Assembly (NCBI GenBank): GCA_965178125.1
Contig: OZ237739.1
Coordinates: 744,001 to 808,000 of the forward strand
Direction of reading: 5' to 3'
DNA length: 64,000 bases
From: Bilabrum cf. latius
Taxonomy: Eukaryota
Below are positions 25,644 to 38,000 of this stretch, in pieces. The notes beneath the pieces are model-generated. The model worked only from the letters and a program-made list of their open reading frames with translations, ran no database searches and had not been told where the DNA came from. The stretch's first letter is position 1, and the number at the start of each line of letters is the position of its first letter. Position numbers and translations under genes: made by a program.

Positions 25644-28136
25644 ATGCGTTAGTCAGCGCTGCTGTCAGACAGTTCAGCAACGAGGCTCGCCGTATTGGCC
25701 GCGAGCCACAATTGCTTGACAAAGGCATAGCAGTACATTGTGTGGAACAGCTTCATTGAGTCATTGGATCCACAACTCGTACCTCAAAGCATCGCTGACA
25801 TCGTTGCTTCAGTCGTGCAGAGCAGCCCCGATGGCATCGAGTTTGCGTTGCGCTGCCGGGAGCAGCTACTGTCTGCGGCACGAAGGTCAACTAGCGATAC
25901 TTCTTCCCATGAGGGTGGAGTCTTTGCGGCCAAGGATGCTGCCCGCCGCCTGCAGCAAGTACTGGCGAGTTTGTACACGCGCGCTCTACTCGACGTGAGA
26001 GAGATTCGCTGGGAATCTGCGAGTGGTAGGGTCCTAGAGAAGGTCGCTGCTGCTGAGACTGTGCACCCCACGGATCGCTTGTGGAGGTTTCGCTCAAGGT
26101 TCGGCGCCAACAGGACCTGCTACGGTCTCTTCCACAAGGCAGCAAAGCCCGAGAGCAGCGACCCAGTCGCGTTCATACACGTCGCCATGACGCCGTTCAT
26201 CGCGGGAAATATGGCCGAGCTGGCAGTTCAAAGCACCCCGCACGACTACATCCATGGCTTTACGCCTCGCATGGACTCTCCGGAGTCCACGCCAGAGGAT
26301 AGAGACATGGTCATCCGAGGCATAGTTGCGAATCACGAGGACATGGAACAAGACCGGGAGCTTGGGTACCACAGCGAGTATTTCTCCGATTTCTCCTCCG
26401 ACTCGGACGACTGGACCGATTGCTCCTCCTCATCTTCGGACGAATCCGACGCCGGCCGGGAAGCAGGCCAGGGCACCAGTCGGGAAGCAGGCCAGGGCAC
26501 CAGTCGGGAGCCTCTATCCCAGAAGCGGTACGCCATGTGCTGGTCCGTGGGAAACGCAGAGCCAGGTCTCGCCGGTCTGGGGCTGGGCCGCTCGCTGATC
26601 CATGGGCTGCTAGAGACGGTGCGGGAAGACCCGCAGGTGGCCGGCGTGGTCACTCTCAGCCCCATTCCCGGCTTCTCCAAGTGGCTCAATGGTGTGACGA
26701 GTGAAGCGCTGGGCGCGCTCGGCGCGCCGCCCTCTAGTGCGAGCAGCGCAAAGGACATCTTGGATTTGCTTGAGCAGTGCGATGGCGGCAGGTCAGCGGG
26801 GCTGCTGTCTGTCTCACAGAGGCTGGCCGCGCTGGGTGTGCCCGTCACAGCAGGGGATGTAGGGGCGCTACTGCAGGCAGCCGCGGATGGACACCTGCCA
26901 GGGTTAGAGACAGGGCGATCGGAAAACGTTATGGAGATTGCTAGCGATACGGATCAGCTGGAGAGTGCTGCAGCAGCTGCCGCGCTGCTCGTGCTGAGGG
27001 CTTCCTTCCGGCTGTGGCAGCGCGCGGGGGCGATCCGCGGACGGGACATCGACAGGCGAGCGGACGAATCGGTGGTGCAATCGTCGCATCACGGGGGCGA
27101 GATGGCCGGTATGGGAGCAGGCGACAGCATCAGGCCAGCGCCGGCCGCTTCGGGCGTGCACGTGTCCGATGCCTCCGGTGTGACGAGTGCGGACCGAAGG
27201 CAGCGACTTCCAGTGTGGGCGGTGGGTCCACTCGCGTCTCCGCGTGGGGTTGGACCCACCGATGACTCTGGCAGCGTAGATGCGGCTGCAGCCGGTTCCA
27301 GCGCCTCCGTTGGCTCTAGCACAAGCGCAGAACCTGCATCGTCGGGGTCGGGCACCTGGCCGCTGCCGCCCGACGCCGAGGCAGCGCTGGGGCGGTGCTG
27401 CATGCGCCTCGTCTCGCACTACCTGGTTCGTGCCGGCTGGGAAGAGGATAAGAGGGCTGCAGCAGGTCCTGCATCCGGGGGCGAAGCCAAGAGCGGTAGC
27501 AGAACTGCTGCAAGGGGGCGCCCAATGTGCCCGGTGAGCAACTTCCACACGGGCAACGGGGCTGAGCTCATGCGCGTGCTCTGGGGCGCGAACTTCAGCC
27601 CGAAAGGTATGATCGAGAGCGGGGGCATCATGGCAAACTACAGCTATCCCATGCACCCTGAGGCCATCGAGGCCAACCAGCTGAGGTACGAGAGGTGTGT
27701 GGGCAAGCTGGGTGAGTACGGGAAGCAGAGGCTGCGAGAGCTCGCGAACCCGCACAAGGAGTGGTTCTGCAGGCGGGAGCTCTTCATTGCTGATGAAGAG
27801 GCAACCGGAGCAGACAGGCAGGGCGCGGATATAAATAGTGAAATTGACAGTGAGGACGAGGAGGAGGACGAGGACAGGGACGGAGCAGGAGGCAGCGACT
27901 CGTAGACTATCCGTCCCAGTTTCAGGAGGATCACCTTCGGCCCTCCCTAGTACGACGGCCACGCCCGCGCGGATAGGGAGCTCCCGCACCACTGGTGGGG
28001 ACGCACACAGGATCGGATATTCACCGGTGACCAGGGGGCATTTCCGTGGTGCTCCCCGCCAGCATGGCTGTCTGGTTTGGAACCAGACATTGCCGGTAGT
28101 GAGCAGGACGACGCTGCAGCTCGCGGTCGGCAGTGA
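25644..28136 (+). CDS. MLYCD: Malonyl-CoA decarboxylase with low-complexity insertions
   Basis: LEKVAAAETVHP, RTCYGLFH, TLSPIPGFSKWL, CPVSNFHTGNGA, GIMANYSY. Start ATG 25644 and end TGA 28136 require TAG read-through at 25650, 25728, 27903, 27948; start uncertain. Confidence 0.85.
26457..26509 (+). repeat. In-frame 24-bp tandem duplication (REAGQGTS x2)
   Basis: CGGGAAGCAGGCCAGGGCACCAGT repeated directly. Confidence 0.9.
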
Positions 28137-28278
28137 CAGTGGAAAGGGCCCCCGCCAACCCGAACTCTGCTAGAGTAATTGCTGAGGCGTGTCATATGTA
28201 TTGCTGGCCCGTATTGAGGGCAGATATCGTCATATAGATAGCAAATACGATAGACTGCCTTGTCATCTTGCCCCAGGC

Positions 28279-28828
28279 TCAGAAAAAGTACGAAGGCGGC
28301 TTCAGCATGCCGTAGCCTGGCGTGTTGTACAGCTGCATATAAGCCTTCGCGAGAGGCTTGCATGTCTCCCTGAAGTTCGCGGGATCTCGTCTGTAGCAAG
28401 CCGTCACCTCTTCCCGCAAAAACTTCATCTCCTCGATCGCCACCAGACGCTCCCGTCGGAACTGCTCCTTGGCCTCAAGCTTATCAGGACCCTTCAGCGA
28501 ACTTGTGATCGGGTTGCCAAGCTCGTCGCGATCAAAGTCTTTGGCCCTAGGAAAATAGCGATGGGACCGAAGCTTGATCGGGCCCTTGGACTCGGCGTTG
28601 AGCATTACCCGTTGCCGGCACGCTTCGTCCAATACCTGCTAGCAAGTACGAAGCACATATGGAACCTCGCACGGTGTGACGCATAGCACAGGGGATGGCA
28701 CGATTGGGCTCATCGCTTCGCCTCACCTTCTTCGCGTCAACCTTCAACTCAGGGAAATCCTTAAGGTCCTCCGGAACCTCAGGAAACAAAGAAGGATCAA
28801 TCTTATCTGCTCTACGTGATGACGCCAT
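28279..28828 (-). CDS. NDUFB10: NADH:ubiquinone oxidoreductase subunit B10 (PDSW)-like, 2 exons
   Basis: EAKEQFRRERLVAIEEMKFLREEVTACYRRDPANFRETCKPLAKAY; intron 28726-28636 (GTGAGG...TAGCAG) joins exon 1 in frame; TGA end. Confidence 0.85.
28636..28726 (-). other. Spliceosomal intron (91 nt)
   Basis: GT-AG, phase 0, restores a continuous ORF. Confidence 0.85.
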
Positions 28829-29048
28829 CCGAAGATTTGCTAGTCTAACGCGACAAATAGGTTCACGATTGAGATCTGGTTTATACTAGCATAACGTGTG
28901 CTTTGGGGTCGACATTTGCGCAGATGTCTGGTCATGGTGCGGTGCTCAGCTGCTCCGCTCCCCAAATACTACAAATTGTTTGACAATTCTTGACTATCTG
29001 TTGTACATTTGGATCGACCAAATTCGGAGTTGGTAGAGCGGAAACGCA

Positions 29049-32000
29049 TCACTGTCCCCTGGCTGCCCCGCCGGCAGCGGCAGCCGCGCCGCCCTAATCC
29101 GGGGTGGGCGTGTCCGTGTCGCGCTCCGTCACATGCTCATCAATCTCCTCCTCATACTCAATCTGCTCATTTTTCACCTCGTCAAAGCCCACCCCATCCT
29201 CGACGGCACGTGACGCCTCTTCCTCCGCGGCCTCCCTCCGCCTCTCCTCCGGGGTGGCATCCACCAGGAGATCCGCGAAGGTCACCATGCTGGGCCGCAT
29301 GGTCTTCTTGCCCCCGCTCATGCTACGGTGGGACACCGAAGTGCCGCCCTTCACAGAGCCGTGGATGGACTTCCTGGACCGGTACATGTCCGCTTGCTTG
29401 AGACCGGCGGCGATGTCAGCTGCGGTCAGGCCAGCCCTAGATGCCAGCGAAGCCAGCACGATGGACCGCGCGGAGCTATCCGCAAGGTTCTTGATGAAAT
29501 CGAACACGCTCAGGGCCAGCTGAATCACGGGTTCCTGGATGAAGATGTCGGTCAGGAAGGAGATGAAAGAGGCCAGGATCCAAGCGCGAGCCTGCTGCGG
29601 GGTGAACAGCACGCCGTACAGAAGCACGATGTAGAACGAGAGAGATACCACCAGGAAGAGACACGCGTACACGAACCATGCCACCACGATCCGCTGGAAC
29701 GCCACCTCGTCACTCTGCCACACGTTCAGCTCCTTGAGCCTGACCCTCTCCTGCACGGCGTGGAACCTCCTGTAGGCCGACTGCACCATCACCACGGCCC
29801 CCAGCTGCTTCTCGTCCTGCCCCATGCTCTCTACCTGAGTGGCGAGCTCCTCCATCCGAGAAGAGATGCGCCACTGCACGACGATGTAGGCGACGTAGGC
29901 CGCCAGCGCAACCAGGCCAGGCACCAGCTGCAGGCCAAAGACCATGATGGCAATTTCTCGCAGGAACGCAGCGTCGAGCAGCACCATGCAAACCGCGGCC
30001 CCGGCCTGCAACAAGATACTCGCGATCCAAAGCAAGATCGTTCCCACGAACGAGTGCTGACGGGCCTGGAAATACCCCATCAGCCCGGTGAAGCCGAACA
30101 GGAAGCTCGCCGATACTCCGATCACGATCGTCCGCAGCGGACCGGCATAGTTGTAGGCCTCCCCTGCAACCAGGTAGATGCAGAACAAGAACCCAACGAA
30201 GGCAGCCCACACTTGCACCAGGTTGAGTACCGTGAAGGCCGACAGCGTCGTGTGCTCGCACGCCGTGAGCGGCCTCGCGTCTAGGATGGAGCCCAGCATC
30301 ACCGTGCGCCTCCTCGTCTTCTTGCGCGATCCCATCGACCTGGAGCTAGAGCTGCCAAAGCGTCGGCTGCTCCCCCCACTCTTGCTGCGCGGGCCCTCTA
30401 CGAAGCCAGAGGCGTCAGACACGACCGAGTCAGCATCAGACATGTCGCGACGGCTGAAGGCACCTCGGCTGAAGCCCCTGCTGTCATTGCGCATCGCATG
30501 GTGTTGCTCGATCTCTTTCAGCGTCTCTCGCAGGTCGTAGTCCTCCTCTGCCAAAGCAGCGACACCGCTAGCCACTGCCGACGAGGATCCCTTGGGTGCA
30601 TCGGCGGCCGGGAAGGCCACACCGCCCTGCTCTGCGGTAGTGGGCGACTGCAGGAGCCCAACAGCGGCATCAGGGTCTGTCATCACGTCGTTTGCCTCGC
30701 CCTTTGCATCAACCTGGCCCATTCGGCGCTTGGACTTCGCCTTAAGAAGCGACAGCGGGGCCCTGAACACGGGCTTGGCATCCTTCTCTTTGTCGGCATC
30801 ATGCTCTCGCGGGGAGTCCAGCACGCCGGCATCACCTGCATCGAATCCCACGTCCTCACCACTGCCGCCGGACGACGACCCGATCTCTTCAGTCTTCTAT
30901 TGGAACTCCTTGATGGCGTCGTTCGCGCAGTCTAGCAGGGCCTCGCGCCCAGAACGCACGGCATTCGCGATGACCCGCACGCCCTGCTCTCTCATCTTTT
31001 CGTCGAGGTCCGTCTCCTCGTCCACCATGCCAGGCGCAGAGTTGAAAGAGTCGCCGCTCATCAAGTGGCCGCCGGCAAGCTCCTCCCGAACGCAAGAGAC
31101 AAGCAAACGGATGGGGTCCTCCGAGGGCTCCGGAAGGCCATCCATCCAACCCGTGCCTCCGTTGACAACGGGAGGCTTAAACAGCCGAGCGTGCGTCAGC
31201 TTTGCGGTCGCTGCTCCAGACTTGAGAGACTTGGACTGGAATCGTCCCGGGGCTGCTGTAGCCCCTCCGGCCCCGCCCAGCGAAGCGCGTCGCTTCGTGG
31301 TTGTCATGGATCGAGTACGGTACCGGATGTGCGAGACTGCCTTTGCCACGCCTGCTTCGATTGCACGGATCACGGCTGGTGCTCGGAGCGGCGAGCCGGA
31401 GCCAGCAGCGCCCCCATCGGAACCTTCCGCATTCGCAGCGCGGGCGACTTCGCACAGCAGCGTCACCCCAGATGCGTCGTTCAGGCCGAGTGCCTTGGTG
31501 ACATCGGTGCTCGCGACATCAGCTAGTGACTCTACGGTGGTGCCTTGCTTCGCGCTGGGTGGCGAACTTCTGCTCTTGAGGGTAGTTGCTGACGGGTCGG
31601 GGCCGGCACCATCCTCCATCTCGACCCGATGGACGGGAGTCGATGCTCCCGTGGCGGGGGCAAACGGGTCAGAGGACGGCTTGCTCTCGGCATCGTCTTC
31701 GTCTGTGCCGATTCTCATCGGAGGAGGTGGCAGCGACCGCTCGCCGGCCTTGGTCGAAGAGGGCCCCGAAACGCCAGGGCTAGACTGGTGCCTAGCGCGG
31801 ACAGACGTCACTCGGATGTTCAGGCGCTTCCGGGCGCGCTTGCCACCGGGTCCAACATCCGCGCTAATGCTGCGGTGCGGGGGTCCGTTTGGCTACGAAT
31901 CCGCAGCATCGGTGGTGGCCAGCCAGCTCGCTTCCTGTGCCTCACCATCGCTGACTCCTGCACCAGTGGCAGTATACTTCGCGGCCGACCCGGGAGGAGG

Positions 32001-35000
32001 CAGTGACCCTGTGCGACCCGCTGCTCTGCTTGAAGACGTGGGCCCAGATGTTTCCCTGCCCCTGTTAGGCGTCTTGAGAGAGCCACCATCGTCAAGCACG
32101 TCACCGGCAGTCGCCCCGGCAACCTTGCCACCGCTCGACATGGATTTGCTGCTCTTATTGAGCTGTCGGATGCGTTCGGTGTGGGCCTGCAGCTGCTTGA
32201 GCCTCTATCTTCGCCTGAGGATCGCCTGCCTTCGCTCCTCTAAAGTTCTAGACTGAATCGAGTTGACGGTCGTGAACAAGTAAGGGAAGAACTCGTTTAC
32301 TGGCAGCATTACCAGGGTACTGATGAGAGCAACGAGCACGCGACCTGACACCCTCGACGGAGTCGTACCGAAGAACACGGCGTTCACCGCCATGGAAGCA
32401 AGGCACGTTGCACACAGTACGCCGATCCGCTGGGAGACAGTCATCCTCAGCTACTCGTCAAGGGGCGGAGAGAAGACGGAACCCCAACCGTGGTGCCTCC
32501 TCAGTCTATCGAGCCAGGTGAGCCAAATGTGCTGCACCACCAAGAAGGCCGTGCCAGATTTGCGAGCTTCTCGCAGTCGCTGCACATCAGGGTCTACCTC
32601 ACCAGTGTCGGCCTTGTGAAGCTTGTCAAGCCCGCGACCCTGGCGCAGCTCGCCGTAGCGCACAAACTGGGCCCGCGCGAGGTCCTTCCGTTCCTCCTCG
32701 GTAGCTCGGTACAGGCAGAACGACACGCCTGCTGCCATTACGAACGCGCCAAAAAGCACGCAGAGCACGATCAGCACGAAGAAATTGCGAGGGTCCAGGT
32801 AGTTCTGCAGCAGGCCAGCGTTGCCGATGGGGTCGATCGCGTTGATCTGGGGCAGGTCCTCTTCTACCTGCGAGCTGAAGTCCGTGAGATGCAGCGTCGC
32901 GCAGATGGCCATTCGTCTCGTGTTGCCGTTTGGCAGCTCGTCAGTCTCGAAGCGAAGCAAGACCATGCCATCGGTGAAGTCGCGCCCCGTTTCTTCGTCA
33001 AAGTACCTGCACTCGTACATGTCCTCGGTCGCTGCATCGCTCACGGGCAGCCGAAGCAGCAGCGGGCATCGCAGCTCCTGGACATCGATCGTCTCACCGG
33101 AACCAGTACCACCTGCAGAAGCGGGCGCACCGGCAATGTCCATCGATACGACACCGCCACCGCGCTCAGGGGCCCCTCCCTGGCCGCTCTCTTGCAGCAC
33201 GTCCGACCACAGGTATGGGTTGGAGGACCACGCAATGCCTCTTAAGTCCACGGAGGCATCTCCATCGCCAGTCACCGAATTGTTATTCAGCAGTCCAGAC
33301 ACGCCACCCAGCGGCAAAACCATTTCTGCGCCGCTGCCAAGCTGCAGGACCTGGGCCTCCTGAATGGAAATACGCACGCTAGTTGCCTGCAGGGCATCTG
33401 ACTGCAGGGTTTGTGGCTCTTCCCCCTGCGCCACGGCCAAAGTGGAGCTCCTGCTCAGGCTCTCCGCACTGGCCCTCAGGCGCAGGGTCTAAGACAGTGC
33501 TCTAGTCTCATTGATGAGAGCCTCCGGGGTCCCGGAGCCCTGGTCAGCGGCGGCCTGCAGGAGTCGGTGAGCTGCGATCTTCAATTGGCCCGCATGGCTC
33601 GAGGGCGATTCATCGCCCACTTGAATCTCGCGGAAGAGATCAAGGCGTCGACTGGGTGACGCAGGGCTGTGCATCAGGTGGGTGGAATCCGCCGCCTCTA
33701 GCGCGAGATCCATGGGGATGAGGTCAGACAGGATCGAGACGTCGAGCGAGCCGGTCGACTCGGCAAGCATCCGGTGCGAATCGGATGAGCTTGATATAGA
33801 GGCGCTTCCAGTCAAGCGGTCAGTATACTGCGCAGAGTTCTCAACCCGAAGCCAACTGAGTTGTCGACTAAAGCTAGGCAACTTGATCGTACCAAGGTAG
33901 GGCAGCTCGAGGGATCGATCGGTATCAGTACCCCTTGCAGTCTAGTGCCCGATCATGGCATCAGGTAGCACGCCCCGCAGCTCGCTCGCTGCATCATGCT
34001 GTCCCATGGCGCTAATTACAGCGGCATGGCCCTTTCCAAGCCACCATAGCGGGTTCCAACTGGCGTCTTCGGGCAAGGTTGCGTCCTCAACTGACGCAAG
34101 GTAGGCAGCGTGGCCTAGATTGGCGCTATGAGGCTCAGACGCACTCTGAAACGCATCACGGGCCAATTGGTACTCCTCAGCTACCAGTCGTCGCGCATCG
34201 CTAGCTCCAGCTGCGTGCAGCAGTGTTGCGGCAGCTTCCAACCGTCTGACTGCCTGCGACCGGTTCTACCCAGATGCAGCTGCATACCTGTCCTGGTTGG
34301 AAGAGAACAGCACGCCGAGAACGGATAGAATCTGCTCTGCTGTTCCAAGCGACACGCCCGAGGGTGCCTGGCCCTCCTGACCATCGTCCCCGCTGTCCTG
34401 CGATTCGACTTGAGTGAGGGCAGCATTGGACAGCCGCTCTGCCATCGCGAGAGCGAGGTCCTGCCCGGACTCATCGAGGCTGTCTGTGTTTCCGGACAGC
34501 CCAGTGAGTGTGGCAGCATGCATGGAGATGTCCTCTTCAGTACCCTCGAGATCATTGGAAGCCTGGAACTGCCTCTGGAGCAGACGCTGCCTTTGCGCCT
34601 GCAGCGCGTTCACGGCTGACTGCCTCCTGGCACATGCAGCCCCTGCCCACGGGTTGTTGGGCTGGTTTCCAGACTCACAGCTGCACACTGCCTGGCAGCC
34701 GGTGGTGTCACCAGCGCTACACATCGGCGGGGTACGAATACAGATTCCGTTGCCGCTGCACTCATCAGCAGGAACGAGCATTTCGCGGCCAGTAACGAGG
34801 TCAGTTTGCCGCACCCGACTGGGCGAGCTGCCGGGGCACGCAAGCACAATAGGCAGCTCTTCCACCGTACCGCCAGCGTCGTCCTCTTCGGTCTCCACCT
34901 CGCTGACACAGTTGCCCTGGAAGCAGCGCTCACCATCAGAGCATGTCACACCATCGCACGGGTCACCCGGCACGATATCAAGCACGTCCGTAATCGCGCT

Positions 35001-38000
35001 GATGTCGTTAAGGATGCGCGAAACATCACCCTCCAGCTCTGCCTCATCCAAGCCAGCCTCTGTCGACTCAACGAGGTTTAGGATGTCTTCTGTAGACTGC
35101 ACCGTTGGCGGGTCCACCTGTAGCACAACTGCCGCGCCAGTCTCGTCGAAGTAAGCGGTTGTTGTGGCACCCAAACGATCGCTCACCTTCACTGCGAGTG
35201 TCAGCTGATTGGAACTGCCGACACCTCGAGGGAGCCGGACACCGCTCACAGAGTCCTGAGCAGCAAATTGATTGCTCATTGGGATGAACTCGGGCGCCTC
35301 CTCGCCGGCCTGTAGTTGCCCGTCTGCAGCGCGCTGCACCGCGCTACCTTCAGCCAAGTAGTACCCGAACAGGTACCTCAAGGGCAAGTCTTCTTCATCA
35401 TCGGTCCACTGCACCGCCTGCAAACTGAACTGCGTCTCCAGCATGGTGCCAGCCCGTGGCTGAGCCGCAAGATAACCGCTGAAAGGGGGCTGATTCACGA
35501 GGACCTCGGTGGTGGCGGTGGAGGAGCCGCCCGTCACAGTGTCAGTCACAGTGAATACGAATATGTACGCAGAGCCCGGCTCAAGCACGCCTGGCCTAAG
35601 TGTGACCAGCAGGCGATTCGAGGGTGTGGCGAACACACGTGAGGCAATCTGCTGGTTGGTCGTGTCGATGCGCCATGAGTAGCTCAGGTCACCTGGAGAC
35701 GCGGGCAGACCAGACCCAAGCGTAACCGTAGCACGGAGGCTCGACCTCACGTTGGATAAGATCTTGTCAGGGTTGCCCACGATGCCGGCAGACGTGACGA
35801 TGGGCGGGCTGCCCGACACAACCGAGAGATCAATGCTCGCTGTTGAGCTACGCACTGCGAGGGGCAGCAGCGCACCAATGCTAGAGTTGGTGCCCCTGCT
35901 GTAGGTGACACTGATGCGGTACCTCCCCTGCCCCAAGTTGCGAGGGCCCAAGGTAGGGAGACCCGTCCCTGGGCTCGACTGGGGTCCATGGGCTGGGTCT
36001 GTCGGTACGTTGAAGTTGATCTGCCTGCCGGTTGTGTCGGTGCAGGCTGGGAACAGGGACCCGCTGCCTTGGTCCACGACCACGCCGCCCACTACGGCGA
36101 ACTGGCCCGCCAGAATAGCTGCCTCCTCCTCTACGGTGTCGGGCAGCTGCACGCAGCTCCAGGAGAAGGACTGGGTGCCCACTTCGGAGAGCGTGAAGCC
36201 ATCGCGATCTGAGGAACCAGTCGCGTCGAATCGAAGCGTCTGGCTCTGACCGATCTCCCGTGTGGCGCCGCCTGCTATCTCGGCACGGACGCCCTGTCCG
36301 ACCACCAGCAACTCCATTGTGGCCGTGTTCCGCACGCTGGGCCTCGAAGGCAAGAATGCCTCGGCCTGTAGGACGTATCTACCGCCCGACACTACCAGGC
36401 GAGGAGGCAGCACCAGCGTGCGGCCACCCCTCGTGAAATACTGGGCCAAATCGGGCAGAGCGGGCACGCTGAGGGCAGCCGAGGCTACTTGCGGCCATGG
36501 CGATGCGCTCACCGCTGTCCACCTGTACGACAGAGCTTCCCTCGGGCCAGTACCACCGCCGCCATCACACGTCGGTAACTATGCATCTACAGAGAGTCGC
36601 ACGGATTGCGAGGCTCGGACCTGCAAGCTCCTGGTTCCCTGGATGGAGATGAGCGGAATAGGCTGGTCCTCGACGACGACAGTGTGGGTCGCCACGCCGG
36701 GCTCAACGGACAAAAAGGACGAGGCCCTCATCTCGAAGGTGATCGTGGAACCGGCTGGCAGCAGGGTGGCATTGGCGATGCTGACGATTCCCGGCCTGAG
36801 GCCAAGGACACTGCGGCTGGTCTGGCTGGCAACCAGTGCCGCCTGCAGCCTCTCCTCCGCCGCATCGCGCTGTGCTGCAGTCGCACCAGCGATAGCGCCG
36901 ATCGTCACGCTCCAACTGAAGGCGAGGGGCCGCCCACCGCCACCAGTCGTTGAAGACCCGTCCAGCTGGATCCCGTCGCAGAACGAAATGCGCTCCGGGC
37001 CCGAGATGGATGCCCGCGGCGGACTCGCCGGCACAACGGGGCCTGCGATGAGGGAGCAGGACCTCGAAGCGCTGTTGACGGAGCCTTGCACTGCACGGAT
37101 GGCACCATTGCCGCGCAAGACAAGTCCGTGCGTGGTGTTGGCACAGGGAGCCAGCGCGTCAAAGAGCAGCAGCGGCGTGGCAGTGGCTCCGATCCCCAGC
37201 CGAACGGCCATCCTGGTGGCCGACTAGAAAGTGCAAGACGAAGCCGCGGGCCCCGTCTGAGATGCTCCGAGGATCTGCCAGTTCTCGAACACGCGAGAGC
37301 ATGGGCCAGCCCCCGGACCATCAGCTAGAAGCTGTGATGTTTTCGACGTGAACTCGACGTCAAGGCTGGCTCCAGAGGACGAGAAGCGCACGGACCTCAC
37401 CGCAGGGATGGGCAGCCGACCTTGCAGCACCACAGATCCACTTGAGGAGAAAATTGACGCAGCAGATGCCTTAATCACGCCCCTGCGGATCTAAATAGTG
37501 CTGCCTGCAGCCGGCTCCATGAACGTGCCCCCGTCCTGCCCGACAGCAATCCTAAGCCTGTCACTGGCGGGCCAATAGCACACAGCCGAGGATCCACCGA
37601 CGCTGAGAAGCGTAGCAGGATCCAGCACCTGCATACTGGAGCAAGCCTGGGAGCCTGCAGCGCCCATGCTTCGGCCAGCCATGGTGGTGGCTCTGCTAAA
37701 GACCACCTCGATCTCCCGTGCGGTCTCGACTAGGAACGCGCTGGCCAGCACCGGTGCTGGGGTGGTGTCAATAGCAGCCTCCACATCGTTGTCCAGGATC
37801 TCAACGGACACTTCCAGGAGGGATGCCTCGATACCCCTCTGTTCGCCGTCTACGAGTTGCACGGGTGATGAGTAGTCCGGGTCGGTGGAGGACAGCCCAA
37901 GCGTGATAGTTGCTGATTGGGCCGACTCGATGGTCTCGTCGTCGACCGCAGTGATGGTGAAAACCACAGGGGTCTGCCAATTCTATGCAGTCCTCACTGC

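Noticed and set aside
30592-32256. Long + strand ORFs (also 62011-63636, 39144-40187) and - strand 26904-27992
   Set aside because: Antisense shadows of real genes in GC-rich DNA with no recognisable motifs.
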